This document shows positions 10,423-21,353 of a stretch of 64,000 nt of DNA, in pieces (the stretch's first letter is position 1; the number at the start of each line of letters is the position of its first letter). The notes below the pieces were generated by a model that was not told the DNA's origin, searched no databases, and worked only from the letters and a program-made list of their open reading frames with translations. A program made the translations under genes and the position numbers. Source of the DNA: TPA_inf: Saccharomyces (Eukaryota); the NCBI GenBank assembly GCA_000146045.2, contig BK006944.2:32001-96000 (forward strand), given 5' to 3'.

Positions 10423-13400
10423 TTAACTGCTTTGGTTGGAAACAATTTGGAATAATTCCCCGCGATTATTATATAAAGTGTCGAAGTTACCTCGCTCAAC
10501 CACTTTACCATCTTTAAGAACTGCAATCGAGTTACAAGACCTCATCATTTGTTCACTATGCGTTATAACCATTGTTAGTAGAGCAGGTGGACCTTTTTTG
10601 ACGATCTCATTGATGATAGAGGAGCTGACAGAATCCAAGGCTGAAGTACACTCATCTAAAATCAGAATTTTTGATTTTCTCAGAAGTGCTCTGGCTATGC
10701 AAAGCCTTTGCGCTTGTCCACCTGACAGTAAAGTTGTATCAATACGTGTATCCAAGCCCTGAGGTGATGAAATTACAAAGTCATGGATTCCTACGTATTT
10801 TAATGCATCATACATTTCAATTTCAAGTATTTCATCTTGTAAACCATAAGTTAGGTTATCTCTGATGGTTCCATTGAATAATAAAGGTTTTTGCTCAACC
10901 ACTGAAATTTCTTTTCTTAAACTTGTCAAATTCCAGTCATTTACGTCCGTACCGTCTATTTTAATTTTGCCTACTTCACAATTATAAAGTTTTGTTAATA
11001 AAAGCACAAGTGTAGACTTTCCTGTGCCTGATTCACCAATGATACCTAACGTCTGTCCGCAAAACATGTCAAAATTCATGTTTTTGTAAACAAAGGCGGT
11101 AGGTGCAGATGGATAGGCAAATGTCAAATTTTGAATTGAAACGATTGGTTTTTTTTCTTTGCCATGGTAGGTGTGACCAGCTATTCCCACTGTTCTAGCA
11201 TTATTGTTTTCAACCTCTAGGGTATTATGCTTTTCATCAAGAATCCTATAGATCCAACTGGCAGCACGTTGGCCTCTACTTATATCGGGTATCTGACTTA
11301 CTAGGCTAGTGCATGACATAATAGTGAATAATAACAAAGTGAAAGTCGTAAACATTTCCTTTGAGGTGTACTCGTGAATCATAACCAGCTTTAGGCCATA
11401 GTAGTAAATAATAGCTTGGATACACATGACAATCATGTTTGTCATAGATATACCAAATCCTGTGGCAATGGCGCGTTTGGAGGCAATTTGTTGCATTTTT
11501 ATCTTCAAGTCATGGTAGGTCAATTGAAAATGAAATTCAGCTTGTAAGCACTTAATGGTTTTAATGTTAGTGACAATCTGGTACAGGCAGTTTTCTAACT
11601 GAGCAACAGATGTCTTATAATCTGTTTCGCATTTTTGTAAAATGCCTCCATATATTGCTGAAAATATAATTATGAGTGGAAACATCGAAATACAAACCAA
11701 ACTTAACTTCCAGCCCGATACTAACGCCCAAATTAGTCCAATCGTTGATACGGTAACGAAACTAGTCATTGCACTCAAAAATTCAGAGACCAAAGACCTC
11801 AAATCTCGCAAATCATTCAAGACTAGAGCAGAAATTTCAGAAGCCTTGTTGTTTTCACCAGAAAACCAGTCCATATTCTTTCTCGTCAGTTTTTCCATAA
11901 CTTCATTTCTAAGATCCATAACCCAGTATTCACTGCAGCAATCTAATAGGAATCCTTTAGCAAAATTGAAAATACCATCTGCCGCAGCCACACCAAGAAC
12001 AAGAAGCGACCATTTCGCCAAATAATGTGAAGAGCCAGTTTTTCCATCCGTGGATGGGACAATTCCTTCTAGTAAGAAACTGAATGTGTATGAAAAGACG
12101 GGATTTGTGGCGCCTGCGATAAGAGAACATAGCAGTCCCAAGATTAGAATTTTTTTGTATCTTATGCTTTTAATCATTCTTTTGATAATCTGAATAATGC
12201 TCAGAAGTTGTGGCCCTGTTGAACTTTCGGTGTTCTTTTGTTGTTTTAGTGCATACCCAATATTTTCCTCTTCAACTTTAACCCTTCTTGTTCTAACGTT
12301 CGATCTTTTTTGATAGATTGCTTCGTAAAAGGACAACTGATCTGTCTCATCATATCCCAGATTACTTAAGCATGATCCAAGTTTTGGTGTTTCCAATTGA
12401 GAGTTAAAACTTTCCACAGTGTGTATAGATTTTTCTTCAGTCTCTGTATCTACAATAGTTTTCGCATCAGAGTAGTCATTCTGTAGGTGATACCATGTGC
12501 TAAATGTAGTGGTCGGATCGGCTAGAAGTTCAGACTGGGTGCCGCTTTCAACAACTTCACCTTCCTTCATTAAATATAAATAGTCATCAGATTCAATTTG
12601 GCTCAACTCATGCGTCAATATGATTGTAGTCTTTCCTTTCCTCCAATGCCTAATTGCCTTCATCAACAGGTTGCGATGAACAATATCTAGAGCCGATACA
12701 GCTTCGTCTAAGAATAATATTGGAGTATCTCTGATGAATGCACGTGCTATAGCAACTCTTTGTTGTTGCCCGCCACTTAGTGTGACACCCCCAGTCCCAA
12801 TTAATGTTTCCAGTCCATCGGGAAGGTCTAGAATAAATCTATCCAGAAGAGCCATTTGACAGGCATCTTTGATTAAATGTCTATTTTCATTGGTGCTGCA
12901 ATCGGCATTTCTTACCGAATCTGTTGAACCTAAAAGAATATTTTTTCTAAGAGTATCATTAAATAGGGTACAACGCTGTTCTACGACGGTGATATTTTCA
13001 ATTAGCAATTTTTGGTCGATTGTTTGGATATTGTGGCCATTGATAGATATCGATCCATTATAGCCATCGTAGAACCTTAATAATAAGTTGGATAATGTAG
13101 ATTTACCTGAGCCTGATTTTCCTACTATGAAAGTAAATTGTCCTGCAGAGAAATTTAAACTAACGTTCTTTAAAACTGCTTCCGAAGGTCTGCTTGGATA
13201 AGAAAACGAAACATTAGCAAATGTTAGATCACTGGTGGCATAATCTAGTGGAAATTGGTGGGCTACAGTTTTATTTAAAGGATTTCGCTTGGATCCATCT
13301 TTTAATAGAGTCATGATTTTTTCCATAGCCACTCCGCCTTTTTGAAGAACAACTATTTGGTGTAATGTATTATTTAAAGTCGAGCCCAGCATAATGCATG

Positions 13401-14295
13401 AATGGAAGCAAGTGATTACATCGTTAATGTTCAGCTTGCCCTTTTTGATCATTGCGGAACCAAACCAGAATCCCTGTACAAACATAGTCAACGTCAAAAA
13501 TCTCAAGATCCCAGCGTTTGCAGCAACAAAAAAGCAACTCTTGATGAAGAAAGTGTTACAATTTAGTATGATTTCCTTGAATTTTTTCCTTTCTAGACGT
13601 TGTGTACAATATAATCTCACTAATTGAGCGGCATTCATCGACCATGTAAGTAATTGGGCTGCTTTACTCGTTTCAGAATTCTCCTTCTCTGAATATACAT
13701 GAATCATTCTGGAAAACACCACTGCAAAAAATGTGATTATTGGAGAGCTGCAAAGAATAATTAAAGTTAATGACCAAGAATAGTAGAATGACGTCCCCAG
13801 AAGCGCACATATTGCAACTAAATTCTGGAAAGTTATGGCTGATGCCTCTGCGGAGCTTGATCTTAGCTCTTCCACACATCTGTTGATTTGAGTAAAATCT
13901 CCTAACAATTTTTCATTATTGTCGTACCATTCCATTGGCTTTTCCTCCAAATATGCCTCCAATATCTGTGACCGTATTCTAAAGCCTTGTCTCTCGCCGA
14001 TGTGCATCCAACTTGTTAGAGAAAGCCACATTACTGGCACAGAAGCCGCACCAAGTGCCATTACTGCCATTGACCTCTGTACTAGTTGGGAATACAAACC
14101 TTGATGTGACCCATTAGCCACGAAAACTGATAGTAGATCGAACACTCTGCCCGTCAGGATAGAAGTAATTGCCGGCACTAGGCCTGTTGCCACGGTACCT
14201 ATTATCATTATCATTAACAGCCTGTAGTCATTCCGTATGTTCACGTACCTGAAAATGTGATAGTGTTTTGTAGTCTTAAAACTTAAAAAGTTCAT
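10423..14295 (-). CDS. STE6: a-factor pheromone exporter, full-size ABC transporter (two TMD-NBD halves)
   Basis: 1290 aa from the Met at 14295 (MNFLSFKTTKHYHIF...). The ORF track extends 24 codons further to an upstream in-frame ATG at 14367. Two Walker A motifs (GKSGSGKST, GESGTGKST) and two ABC signatures (LSGGQQQR, LSGGQAQR). Confidence 0.95.
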   Translation of the reverse strand: MNFLSFKTTKHYHIFRYVNIRNDYRLLMIMIIGTVATGLVPAITSILTGRVFDLLSVFVANGSHQGLYSQLVQRSMAVMALGAASVPVMWLSLTSWMHIGERQGFRIRSQILEAYLEEKPMEWYDNNEKLLGDFTQINRCVEELRSSSAEASAITFQNLVAICALLGTSFYYSWSLTLIILCSSPIITFFAVVFSRMIHVYSEKENSETSKAAQLLTWSMNAAQLVRLYCTQRLERKKFKEIILNCNTFFIKSCFFVAANAGILRFLTLTMFVQGFWFGSAMIKKGKLNINDVITCFHSCIMLGSTLNNTLHQIVVLQKGGVAMEKIMTLLKDGSKRNPLNKTVAHQFPLDYATSDLTFANVSFSYPSRPSEAVLKNVSLNFSAGQFTFIVGKSGSGKSTLSNLLLRFYDGYNGSISINGHNIQTIDQKLLIENITVVEQRCTLFNDTLRKNILLGSTDSVRNADCSTNENRHLIKDACQMALLDRFILDLPDGLETLIGTGGVTLSGGQQQRVAIARAFIRDTPILFLDEAVSALDIVHRNLLMKAIRHWRKGKTTIILTHELSQIESDDYLYLMKEGEVVESGTQSELLADPTTTFSTWYHLQNDYSDAKTIVDTETEEKSIHTVESFNSQLETPKLGSCLSNLGYDETDQLSFYEAIYQKRSNVRTRRVKVEEENIGYALKQQKNTESSTGPQLLSIIQIIKRMIKSIRYKKILILGLLCSLIAGATNPVFSYTFSFLLEGIVPSTDGKTGSSHYLAKWSLLVLGVAAADGIFNFAKGFLLDCCSEYWVMDLRNEVMEKLTRKNMDWFSGENNKASEISALVLNDLRDLRSLVSEFLSAMTSFVTVSTIGLIWALVSGWKLSLVCISMFPLIIIFSAIYGGILQKCETDYKTSVAQLENCLYQIVTNIKTIKCLQAEFHFQLTYHDLKIKMQQIASKRAIATGFGISMTNMIVMCIQAIIYYYGLKLVMIHEYTSKEMFTTFTLLLFTIMSCTSLVSQIPDISRGQRAASWIYRILDEKHNTLEVENNNARTVGIAGHTYHGKEKKPIVSIQNLTFAYPSAPTAFVYKNMNFDMFCGQTLGIIGESGTGKSTLVLLLTKLYNCEVGKIKIDGTDVNDWNLTSLRKEISVVEQKPLLFNGTIRDNLTYGLQDEILEIEMYDALKYVGIHDFVISSPQGLDTRIDTTLLSGGQAQRLCIARALLRKSKILILDECTSALDSVSSSIINEIVKKGPPALLTMVITHSEQMMRSCNSIAVLKDGKVVERGNFDTLYNNRGELFQIVSNQSS

Positions 14296-14476
14296 GACGT
14301 AGCTTGTTCTTTGTTTCCTAGTGGAATTTTCAGCGGCACTTGAAAGCTCTCTGTGTGAACGTAACAACGGGAGATAGTTCAGCCATATCCAGGTTTATAA
14401 GCTCTGGTATTTAAATGATGAACGGCAATAATGCAACAGTTTTCATATCTGAAACAATTGTATATGTGCGAAGCAG

Positions 14477-14507
14477 CGTGTAAATTTCCCTATTAGGTAA
14501 TTACATG
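14477..14507. promoter_or_regulatory. alpha2-Mcm1 operator (a-specific gene operator) of STE6
   Basis: CGTGTAAATTTCCCTATTAGGTAATTACATG has a central Mcm1 P-box (CCCTATTAGG) flanked by TGTAAAT/ATTACATG alpha2 half-sites. It is a 31-bp near-palindrome about 190 bp upstream of the STE6 ATG, and a TATTTAAA sequence is at about 14409. Confidence 0.85.
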
Positions 14508-14734
14508 GCAAAAAAAATAAGAAACTATTTTCTTAAAGTACCTTTACCCTTTGTGGAAAACAATAAATTGTATAGTGGCAGAATAGAGAAAAGAAAAAGG
14601 AAAGGAACATATTTGTCAGTGCAAGGACCATCATTGTTTGAAAAAAGAGAGGATATTACTAGTAGGTAATAACAGCTATGTCGCGTTATATATATTATAT
14701 ATAAAAATTAAAAAATAGAAAATAAAATTTCAAA

Positions 14735-14806
14735 TGCCCTCTGTGGGAATTGAACCCACGATCCCCGCATTACGAGTGCGATGCCTTACCACTTGGCCAA
14801 AAGGGC
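14735..14806 (-). tRNA. tT(CGU)K: tRNA-Thr (anticodon CGU), 72 nt, no intron
   Basis: The reverse complement GCCCTTTTGGCCAAGTGGTAAGGCATCGCACTCGTAATGCGGGGATCGTGGGTTCAATTCCCACAGAGGGCA folds as a cloverleaf: acceptor GCCCTTT/AGAGGGC, D-arm GCC..GGC, anticodon stem TCGCA/TGCGG with loop CTCGTAA (anticodon CGT), T-arm GTGGG-TTCAATT-CCCAC. Confidence 0.92.
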
Positions 14807-15156
14807 TGAGTAATTTTTATACCTGCTAAATTTGTGGCTCCGCTATACTTTACAGATTTATCTATTTTGAAGATGATACATTTAGCAAAAATGACCTTAA
14901 AAATGAAGCAGGTGCCATTTGCCTATAGCTTGGAAAAGTAGTAATGGTTATTCAAAAAGTTAGCAGCGAGATCTTTTTTCTATCGCGCGTTAAAACGTTT
15001 GAACAGATATATATTATTCAGCCACAACTATCTATATATAATATTTCTTCGATTTTTCGTTTTCTCAAGTTTCGTCTTATTGATTGATCAGAAGTTTACT
15101 GCGCTTTTGGGTAAAGAAGCATTAAACAAAGGAGAGAGAAATATTGCAAGGAAAAA

Positions 15157-15972
15157 ATGGTGAGCTATGGAAGTCATAGTAGTGAGGTTTCGAAAGTTCT
15201 TAAAACGCCGAAGTTTGTGCTTAGGTATGGAAATGTATCCAGCAAACAACGTTTTGCCCTAAAGCGGAAGATAAATTACAAACTACGTGAAAGCAAATAT
15301 CAAGAATACTTGAATGAATACAACACCTTCGTGCTTTACGACTGGGAAAACAGTGGCGCTGGTAGTCTTGTCGATTCTTCCTACAATCTCCCCTCTTTAT
15401 GGAAGGAATTCATAACAGAGGGCATATCTAAAGGAGCAATAAACGACAAACTACCGACAGTCTTTATGAAGAGGAAGTTGACAAACTCAGCGTTGGGTCA
15501 CTGTTTGGGACTTGATTTCCTGACTGATCCGAGCGAGTCAGAACATGAATACAGGTGCATGTTTCAGACAGTTCAGGACATCCCATCTCTCTCGCAACTG
15601 ATCTTATTCAACAGCATGCCAAACGTTCCAGTAAGATTGAAATTGCATACCATTGGTATAAATATAAATTTCGGCTGCAAACGTTCCCTGATAAGCAACG
15701 GTGGTGATCAAGACACTGAAATGAGCGAAGCAGTCTCTTATATCCAGCCTTTATTGGAAGAATCCTCGAGAATGTACCGCAATTTAAACTACTGGAAGCT
15801 GTTAAAAATAGCACGAAATAACAAGAAGGATGAACCGTTGGATCAGAGCACGCGTATCAAGTCGCAAGTTAAGCTTTTACTGAGTCAATTGGCGACGAAC
15901 CGAATTACCTCACCTTCCGTCACGGATCATGGGGGTCACAACTGGCTCATATTCACCAGAAGACGGTTGTAA
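15157..15972 (+). CDS. CBT1: Mitochondrial protein involved in cytochrome b mRNA 5'-end processing
   Basis: 271-aa ORF at the YKL208W position between STE6/tT(CGU)K and EMC3. The identification rests on length and synteny plus partial recall of the sequence. Confidence 0.7.
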   Translation: MVSYGSHSSEVSKVLKTPKFVLRYGNVSSKQRFALKRKINYKLRESKYQEYLNEYNTFVLYDWENSGAGSLVDSSYNLPSLWKEFITEGISKGAINDKLPTVFMKRKLTNSALGHCLGLDFLTDPSESEHEYRCMFQTVQDIPSLSQLILFNSMPNVPVRLKLHTIGININFGCKRSLISNGGDQDTEMSEAVSYIQPLLEESSRMYRNLNYWKLLKIARNNKKDEPLDQSTRIKSQVKLLLSQLATNRITSPSVTDHGGHNWLIFTRRRL

Positions 15973-16193
15973 ACGATAAATATGCCATAAAGATCTGCGA
16001 ACTGTACATATCCATATATAATGCGTATTATTTGGTGACTATAGCACTGGCTTCCGCCATCTCACTAAGAACGAAGAGGTATAATAAAGCATTGTGATGT
16101 TAAAGAATGACGATTAACCAGCATTTACAACAACTTCTCTTCAACAGAATAGACAAAACAACAAGCAGTATTCAACAAGCTAGGGCGCCGCAG

Positions 16194-16955
16194 ATGTTAT
16201 TAGATGACCAGCTGAAGTATTGGGTCCTGTTACCTATTTCGATTGTCATGGTTTTGACGGGTGTACTCAAACAGTACATCATGACACTTATAACGGGAAG
16301 CAGTGCAAATGAAGCACAACCAAGGGTAAAGTTAACTGAATGGCAATATCTACAATGGGCACAATTATTGATTGGAAACGGTGGGAACCTGTCTTCCGAT
16401 GCATTTGCTGCGAAGAAGGAATTTCTAGTTAAGGATCTCACTGAGGAAAGGCACCTAGCCAAGGCCAAGCAGCAGGATGGTTCGCAAGCTGGAGAGGTTC
16501 CTAATCCCTTCAACGATCCAAGTATGTCTAATGCTATGATGAACATGGCTAAGGGTAATATGGCCAGTTTCATCCCTCAAACTATTATTATGTGGTGGGT
16601 GAACCATTTTTTTGCTGGATTTATTCTTATGCAACTACCTTTCCCTTTGACTGCCAAATTCAAAGAGATGTTACAGACCGGTATTATCTGTCAGGACCTG
16701 GATGTGAGATGGGTTAGCTCCATTTCATGGTATTTTATTTCTGTGCTCGGGCTAAATCCAGTCTACAACCTGATTGGGTTAAACGATCAGGACATGGGTA
16801 TTCAGGCCGGGATAGGTGGCCCTCAGGGCCCCCAAGGCCCTCCACAATCACAGGTTGACAAAGCAATGCATGCGATGGCTAACGATTTGACTATCATTCA
16901 GCATGAGACTTGTCTTGATAACGTTGAGCAAAGGGTTTTGAAACAGTATATGTAA
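16194..16955 (+). CDS. EMC3: ER membrane protein complex subunit 3
   Basis: 253 aa from the Met at 16194 (MLLDDQLKYWVLLPISIVMVLTG...). The ORF track starts 29 codons upstream at 16107, which is a possible alternative start. Three predicted TM segments and an EMC3/TMCO1-like topology. YKL207W position. Confidence 0.8.
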   Translation: MLLDDQLKYWVLLPISIVMVLTGVLKQYIMTLITGSSANEAQPRVKLTEWQYLQWAQLLIGNGGNLSSDAFAAKKEFLVKDLTEERHLAKAKQQDGSQAGEVPNPFNDPSMSNAMMNMAKGNMASFIPQTIIMWWVNHFFAGFILMQLPFPLTAKFKEMLQTGIICQDLDVRWVSSISWYFISVLGLNPVYNLIGLNDQDMGIQAGIGGPQGPQGPPQSQVDKAMHAMANDLTIIQHETCLDNVEQRVLKQYM

Positions 16956-17005
16956 GTTCGTGGCTATATATGCACTTGTATAGAAAACAGATATACTTCT
17001 CGGTT

Positions 17006-17809
17006 TCAATTGTATAAATCTACAAATTTATCTCTTGCATCCGCCATTCCGTATGCACCTTGCCATGATATAGGCCTGACAAACTTTACAATTGGTGGCG
17101 CGTTTTTGATAACTTTTTGAGAGATTATCCATTGTAAGAACTGTTGAGAATCTAATGAGTTGTCCCCCTCATTGGCCAAACAACTACAGTACTTAATGCT
17201 GCGGAGGGCTTTAGGCCTCTGCGACGCATTCAGTATTTGGAAAAGTATTTTGAAGATCGGCTGATCAACGGATATCTTGTCTTGGAAACTGGTAGGAGTA
17301 AAATGTAACCAGTTATTGACCATCGACTCTTGATCGTTTAGATGGAGGTTCGATAAAAGCTCAGCTTCATCGTCGAAATAAAACTCTCCGAGCGAATATA
17401 CCTCCTGTGGACGTACAATCACACCATTTTCATCCTCCATTGCATATAGAGAGTCCCAAATGCATATTTCCGATATATTATACTTGCTCAAGAACGGCAA
17501 GATGATCTCTACGATGAAATTATTCAGATAGTTAACGGACACGAGTGGTGTTCGTTGCTGTATGGCAAAAAGTCCTCGCTTCTTATTGTAGAAAACTTCC
17601 AAAGCGCTGCTATACTTCATATCAGCGTCTTTATATAGCGAGTCGCTACCATCCTCTGGTCTGTCTAATGGTCCCACAAATTCCACTAGGTATTTCGAAT
17701 CTAACGCCTCCAAATATTCCCATTCATTTGCTTGTGAATTCAGCAGCCAGTCAATACTCAATTGTGGTATATTCCCTACGCTTACTAATGGCAACACCAG
17801 GCAGCTCAT
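17006..17809 (-). CDS. ADD66: Proteasome assembly chaperone 2 (Pba2)
   Basis: 267-aa ORF at the YKL206C position, convergent with EMC3 with only a 50-bp gap. Length and neighbourhood match. Confidence 0.8.
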   Translation of the reverse strand: MSCLVLPLVSVGNIPQLSIDWLLNSQANEWEYLEALDSKYLVEFVGPLDRPEDGSDSLYKDADMKYSSALEVFYNKKRGLFAIQQRTPLVSVNYLNNFIVEIILPFLSKYNISEICIWDSLYAMEDENGVIVRPQEVYSLGEFYFDDEAELLSNLHLNDQESMVNNWLHFTPTSFQDKISVDQPIFKILFQILNASQRPKALRSIKYCSCLANEGDNSLDSQQFLQWIISQKVIKNAPPIVKFVRPISWQGAYGMADARDKFVDLYN

Positions 17810-18050
17810 CGTATGTTCCTTTGGGTTTTGTGCTATTCTTTCCTGAAGTTTTAATTTAATTTCCTTATTTTAGTGTAGGTGGCTTTTTTTTTAGCAGGTT
17901 ACTCATTGTGGGATCATTTTCAGGCTCAAAGCGAAAAATTGAAAAATTAGCTAACAAAAAAAAACTAAAATTTTTTCAAATTCCATCAGTTAGTTTGAGA
18001 AGTTGTCGGTAAGCAACCTATAGAACAAGTGTTTCCAGTCAAATCGAGGA

Positions 18051-21000
18051 ATGCTAGAACGGATTCAGCAGCTGGTAAATGCAGTGAACGATCCACGCTC
18101 AGATGTGGCCACTAAGAGACAAGCCATCGAGCTGCTAAATGGGATTAAATCATCAGAGAATGCATTGGAAATCTTTATATCATTGGTCATCAACGAGAAT
18201 TCAAATGATTTGTTGAAGTTTTACGGACTGTCCACATTGATAGAATTGATGACGGAGGGCGTGAACGCTAATCCAAATGGTTTGAATCTGGTAAAGTTTG
18301 AAATAACCAAATGGCTCAAATTTCAAGTTTTGGGCAATAAGCAAACTAAGCTGCCTGACTTTTTAATGAATAAGATTTCTGAAGTGCTGACTACTTTGTT
18401 TATGTTAATGTACAGTGATTGTAATGGAAACCAGTGGAACAGTTTTTTTGACGATCTGATGAGTCTATTCCAAGTGGATTCGGCTATTTCCAATACGAGC
18501 CCGTCTACCGATGGTAACATTCTTCTAGGTCTTGAATTTTTTAACAAGCTCTGTTTGATGATTAATTCGGAGATTGCTGACCAAAGCTTTATTAGGTCTA
18601 AGGAATCTCAGTTAAAAAATAACAATATAAAAGATTGGATGCGTGATAACGATATCATGAAATTGAGTAATGTGTGGTTTCAGTGTTTAAAACTGGACGA
18701 ACAAATTGTGTCACAATGTCCCGGATTGATCAATTCTACCTTGGATTGTATTGGGAGTTTTATCTCATGGATCGATATTAATTTAATTATTGATGCAAAT
18801 AATTATTATCTGCAATTAATCTATAAATTTTTAAATCTTAAAGAAACCAAAATTTCATGTTATAATTGCATACTGGCCATCATCTCTAAAAAAATGAAAC
18901 CAATGGACAAACTGGCTTTTCTGAATATGATCAATTTGACCAACGAATTGACTTACTATCATCAAGCCATATCAATGAATCCCCAAATTATTACATTTGA
19001 TAATTTAGAAGTCTGGGAAAGTTTGACCAAGTTGATTACTTCCTTTGGCATAGAATTTACTATCATTATTGAACAAGTCAACGATGATCAAAAATTGGAT
19101 ACATTATACAAACAATCGGTCATTTCAAATGTTGATTCCATATTATTGGAGAAAATAATACCAATACTTTTGGAATTTATGAATAATGAGTTTGATTCAA
19201 TAACAGCAAAAACCTTCCCATTCTGGTCAAATTATCTGGCTTTCTTGAAAAAATATAAAGCATCTTCACCAAATTTTGTACCATTGCATAAGGATTTTCT
19301 AGATAATTTCCAACAAATTTGCTTTAAAAGAATGAAGTTTTCAGACGACGAGGTCACACAGGATGATTTTGAGGAATTCAACGAAACCGTAAGATTTAAA
19401 TTAAAAAATTTCCAGGAGATCATCGTGGTAATTGACCCAAGTCTGTTTTTAAATAACATTTCTCAAGAAATTTCAGCAAACCTAATGAATTGTAAAAACG
19501 AAAGCTGGCAAATTTTCGAGCTAACTATTTATCAAATCTTCAATTTAAGTGAATGTACCAAGAACAACTATTTCGGTTTGAACAAGAATGAAATTATGAC
19601 CTCACAACCTTCGCTAACTTTAGTACGATTTTTAAATGAATTGTTAATGATGAAGGATTTCTTATTAGCCATTGATAACGAACAAATCCAAATACTATTC
19701 ATGGAATTAATTGTGAAAAACTACAATTTCATATTTTCAACTAGTGCTAACACAGCAAATGCTACTGATGATGATGAAAAGTATCTATTAATATTGAATA
19801 TTTTCATGAGCTCATTTGCTATGTTCAATAAAAGAGAAAACGTCAGACTAAGGTCATGGTATTTATTTACAAGATTCTTGAAGTTGACAAGAATCAATTT
19901 GAAAAAAATCCTCTTTGCCAACAAAAATTTGGTTAATGAAATAACTAATAAGATAAGTCCTCTACTTCACATAAAAGTAACATCTATCAACGCCCAAGGG
20001 ACGGATGACAATGATACAATTTTTGATAATCAGTTGTACATATTTGAGGGTATTGGGTTTATAATCACATTGAATAATAGCAGTCAGGAGCTCACTGCTG
20101 CCACTGCCAACACCCCCATCGATTACGATATATTGGACCAGATATTAACTCCGCTATTTACACAATTAGAGGGTTGTATTACCCAAGGAGCTTCGCCAGT
20201 TGTGATTCTGGAATGTCATCACATTCTTATGGCTATTGGTACTTTAGCGAGAGGTTTGCACATTGGTCTCGTCCCTGAGAATCAGGTCAACAATATGGTT
20301 GTCAACAAAAAATTAATCAATGACTCTTTAATCCATAAATTCTCTAATATAGCTGAGGTTATATTAGTAACATTCTCTTTTTTCAATAAGTTCGAAAATA
20401 TCCGCGATGCATCTAGGTTTACCTTTGCCAGGTTAATTCCAATTTTAAGTAATAAAATTTTACCATTTATCAATAAATTGATTGAATTGATCTTATCGTC
20501 CACAGATTTAAAATCATGGGAGATGATTGATTTTCTTGGGTTCTTATCTCAACTGATTCATATGTTTCACACGGACACAGACTGTTATCAGCTGTTTAAC
20601 CAGTTACTTACTCCGCTTATCAACAAAGTCCATTCTATTATCGAAGAGATTGATGAACAACACGACCAACAATCAAGCAGTAACAAACCTATAGACACTG
20701 CAGTCACAGCCACCTCCGTAAATAAGAATATCGTGGTCACCGATTCGTATAGAGATAAAATACTATTGAAAAAGGCTTACTGCACATTTTTACAGTCATT
20801 TACTAATAATTCCGTCACTTCGATACTATTGTCAGATATAAACAGAGCAATCCTGCCGGTCATATTAAACGATTTGGTCACCTATACGCCGCAAGAGATC
20901 CAGGAAACATCAATGATGAAAGTGTCACTCAATGTATTGTGCAATTTTATCAAATGTTTTGGGAATGGGACCTGCTTGGATAATGACGACATCAATAAAG

Positions 21001-21353
21001 ATCCCAACCTTAAAATAGATGGTCTCAACGAATACTTCATCATGAAATGTGTCCCAATAATCTTTGAAATTCCGTTCAATCCAATATACAAGTTCAATAT
21101 CAAAGAAGGGAATTTCAAAACAATGGCATATGATTTGGCAAGATTACTGAGGGAGCTATTTATCGTCAGCAGCAACCCCACCACAAATGAGAATGAATGT
21201 GTAAAATATTTAACTCAGATCTACCTTCCACAAATCCAATTACCACAGGAATTGACGATTCAGTTGGTTAATATGTTAACCACAATGGGTCAAAAGCAAT
21301 TCGAAAAATGGTTTGTAGATAATTTCATTTCTGTTTTAAAGCAAGGTCAATAG
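18051..21353 (+). CDS. LOS1: Exportin-t, nuclear tRNA export receptor
   Basis: 1100-aa HEAT/importin-beta-like ORF with N-terminal MLERIQQLVNAVNDPRSD. The length matches YKL205W. Confidence 0.93.
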   Translation: MLERIQQLVNAVNDPRSDVATKRQAIELLNGIKSSENALEIFISLVINENSNDLLKFYGLSTLIELMTEGVNANPNGLNLVKFEITKWLKFQVLGNKQTKLPDFLMNKISEVLTTLFMLMYSDCNGNQWNSFFDDLMSLFQVDSAISNTSPSTDGNILLGLEFFNKLCLMINSEIADQSFIRSKESQLKNNNIKDWMRDNDIMKLSNVWFQCLKLDEQIVSQCPGLINSTLDCIGSFISWIDINLIIDANNYYLQLIYKFLNLKETKISCYNCILAIISKKMKPMDKLAFLNMINLTNELTYYHQAISMNPQIITFDNLEVWESLTKLITSFGIEFTIIIEQVNDDQKLDTLYKQSVISNVDSILLEKIIPILLEFMNNEFDSITAKTFPFWSNYLAFLKKYKASSPNFVPLHKDFLDNFQQICFKRMKFSDDEVTQDDFEEFNETVRFKLKNFQEIIVVIDPSLFLNNISQEISANLMNCKNESWQIFELTIYQIFNLSECTKNNYFGLNKNEIMTSQPSLTLVRFLNELLMMKDFLLAIDNEQIQILFMELIVKNYNFIFSTSANTANATDDDEKYLLILNIFMSSFAMFNKRENVRLRSWYLFTRFLKLTRINLKKILFANKNLVNEITNKISPLLHIKVTSINAQGTDDNDTIFDNQLYIFEGIGFIITLNNSSQELTAATANTPIDYDILDQILTPLFTQLEGCITQGASPVVILECHHILMAIGTLARGLHIGLVPENQVNNMVVNKKLINDSLIHKFSNIAEVILVTFSFFNKFENIRDASRFTFARLIPILSNKILPFINKLIELILSSTDLKSWEMIDFLGFLSQLIHMFHTDTDCYQLFNQLLTPLINKVHSIIEEIDEQHDQQSSSNKPIDTAVTATSVNKNIVVTDSYRDKILLKKAYCTFLQSFTNNSVTSILLSDINRAILPVILNDLVTYTPQEIQETSMMKVSLNVLCNFIKCFGNGTCLDNDDINKDPNLKIDGLNEYFIMKCVPIIFEIPFNPIYKFNIKEGNFKTMAYDLARLLRELFIVSSNPTTNENECVKYLTQIYLPQIQLPQELTIQLVNMLTTMGQKQFEKWFVDNFISVLKQGQ

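Noticed and set aside
10281-10526. 81-aa ORF containing a run of nine Asn.
   Set aside because: It is a translation of the (TTA)10 microsatellite in the UBA1/STE6 terminator region and overlaps the STE6 3' end.
10367-14367. The ORF track gives STE6 as 1314 aa starting at 14367 (MLRSHRELSS...).
   Set aside because: The recognisable Ste6 N-terminus MNFLSFKTTKHYHIF begins at the Met 24 codons downstream (14295), giving the expected 1290 aa. The upstream extension is an in-frame read-through of the 5' UTR. EMC3 (16107 vs 16194), MIA40 (43749 vs 43821) and YKT6 (43540 vs 43534) have similar N-terminal over-extensions.
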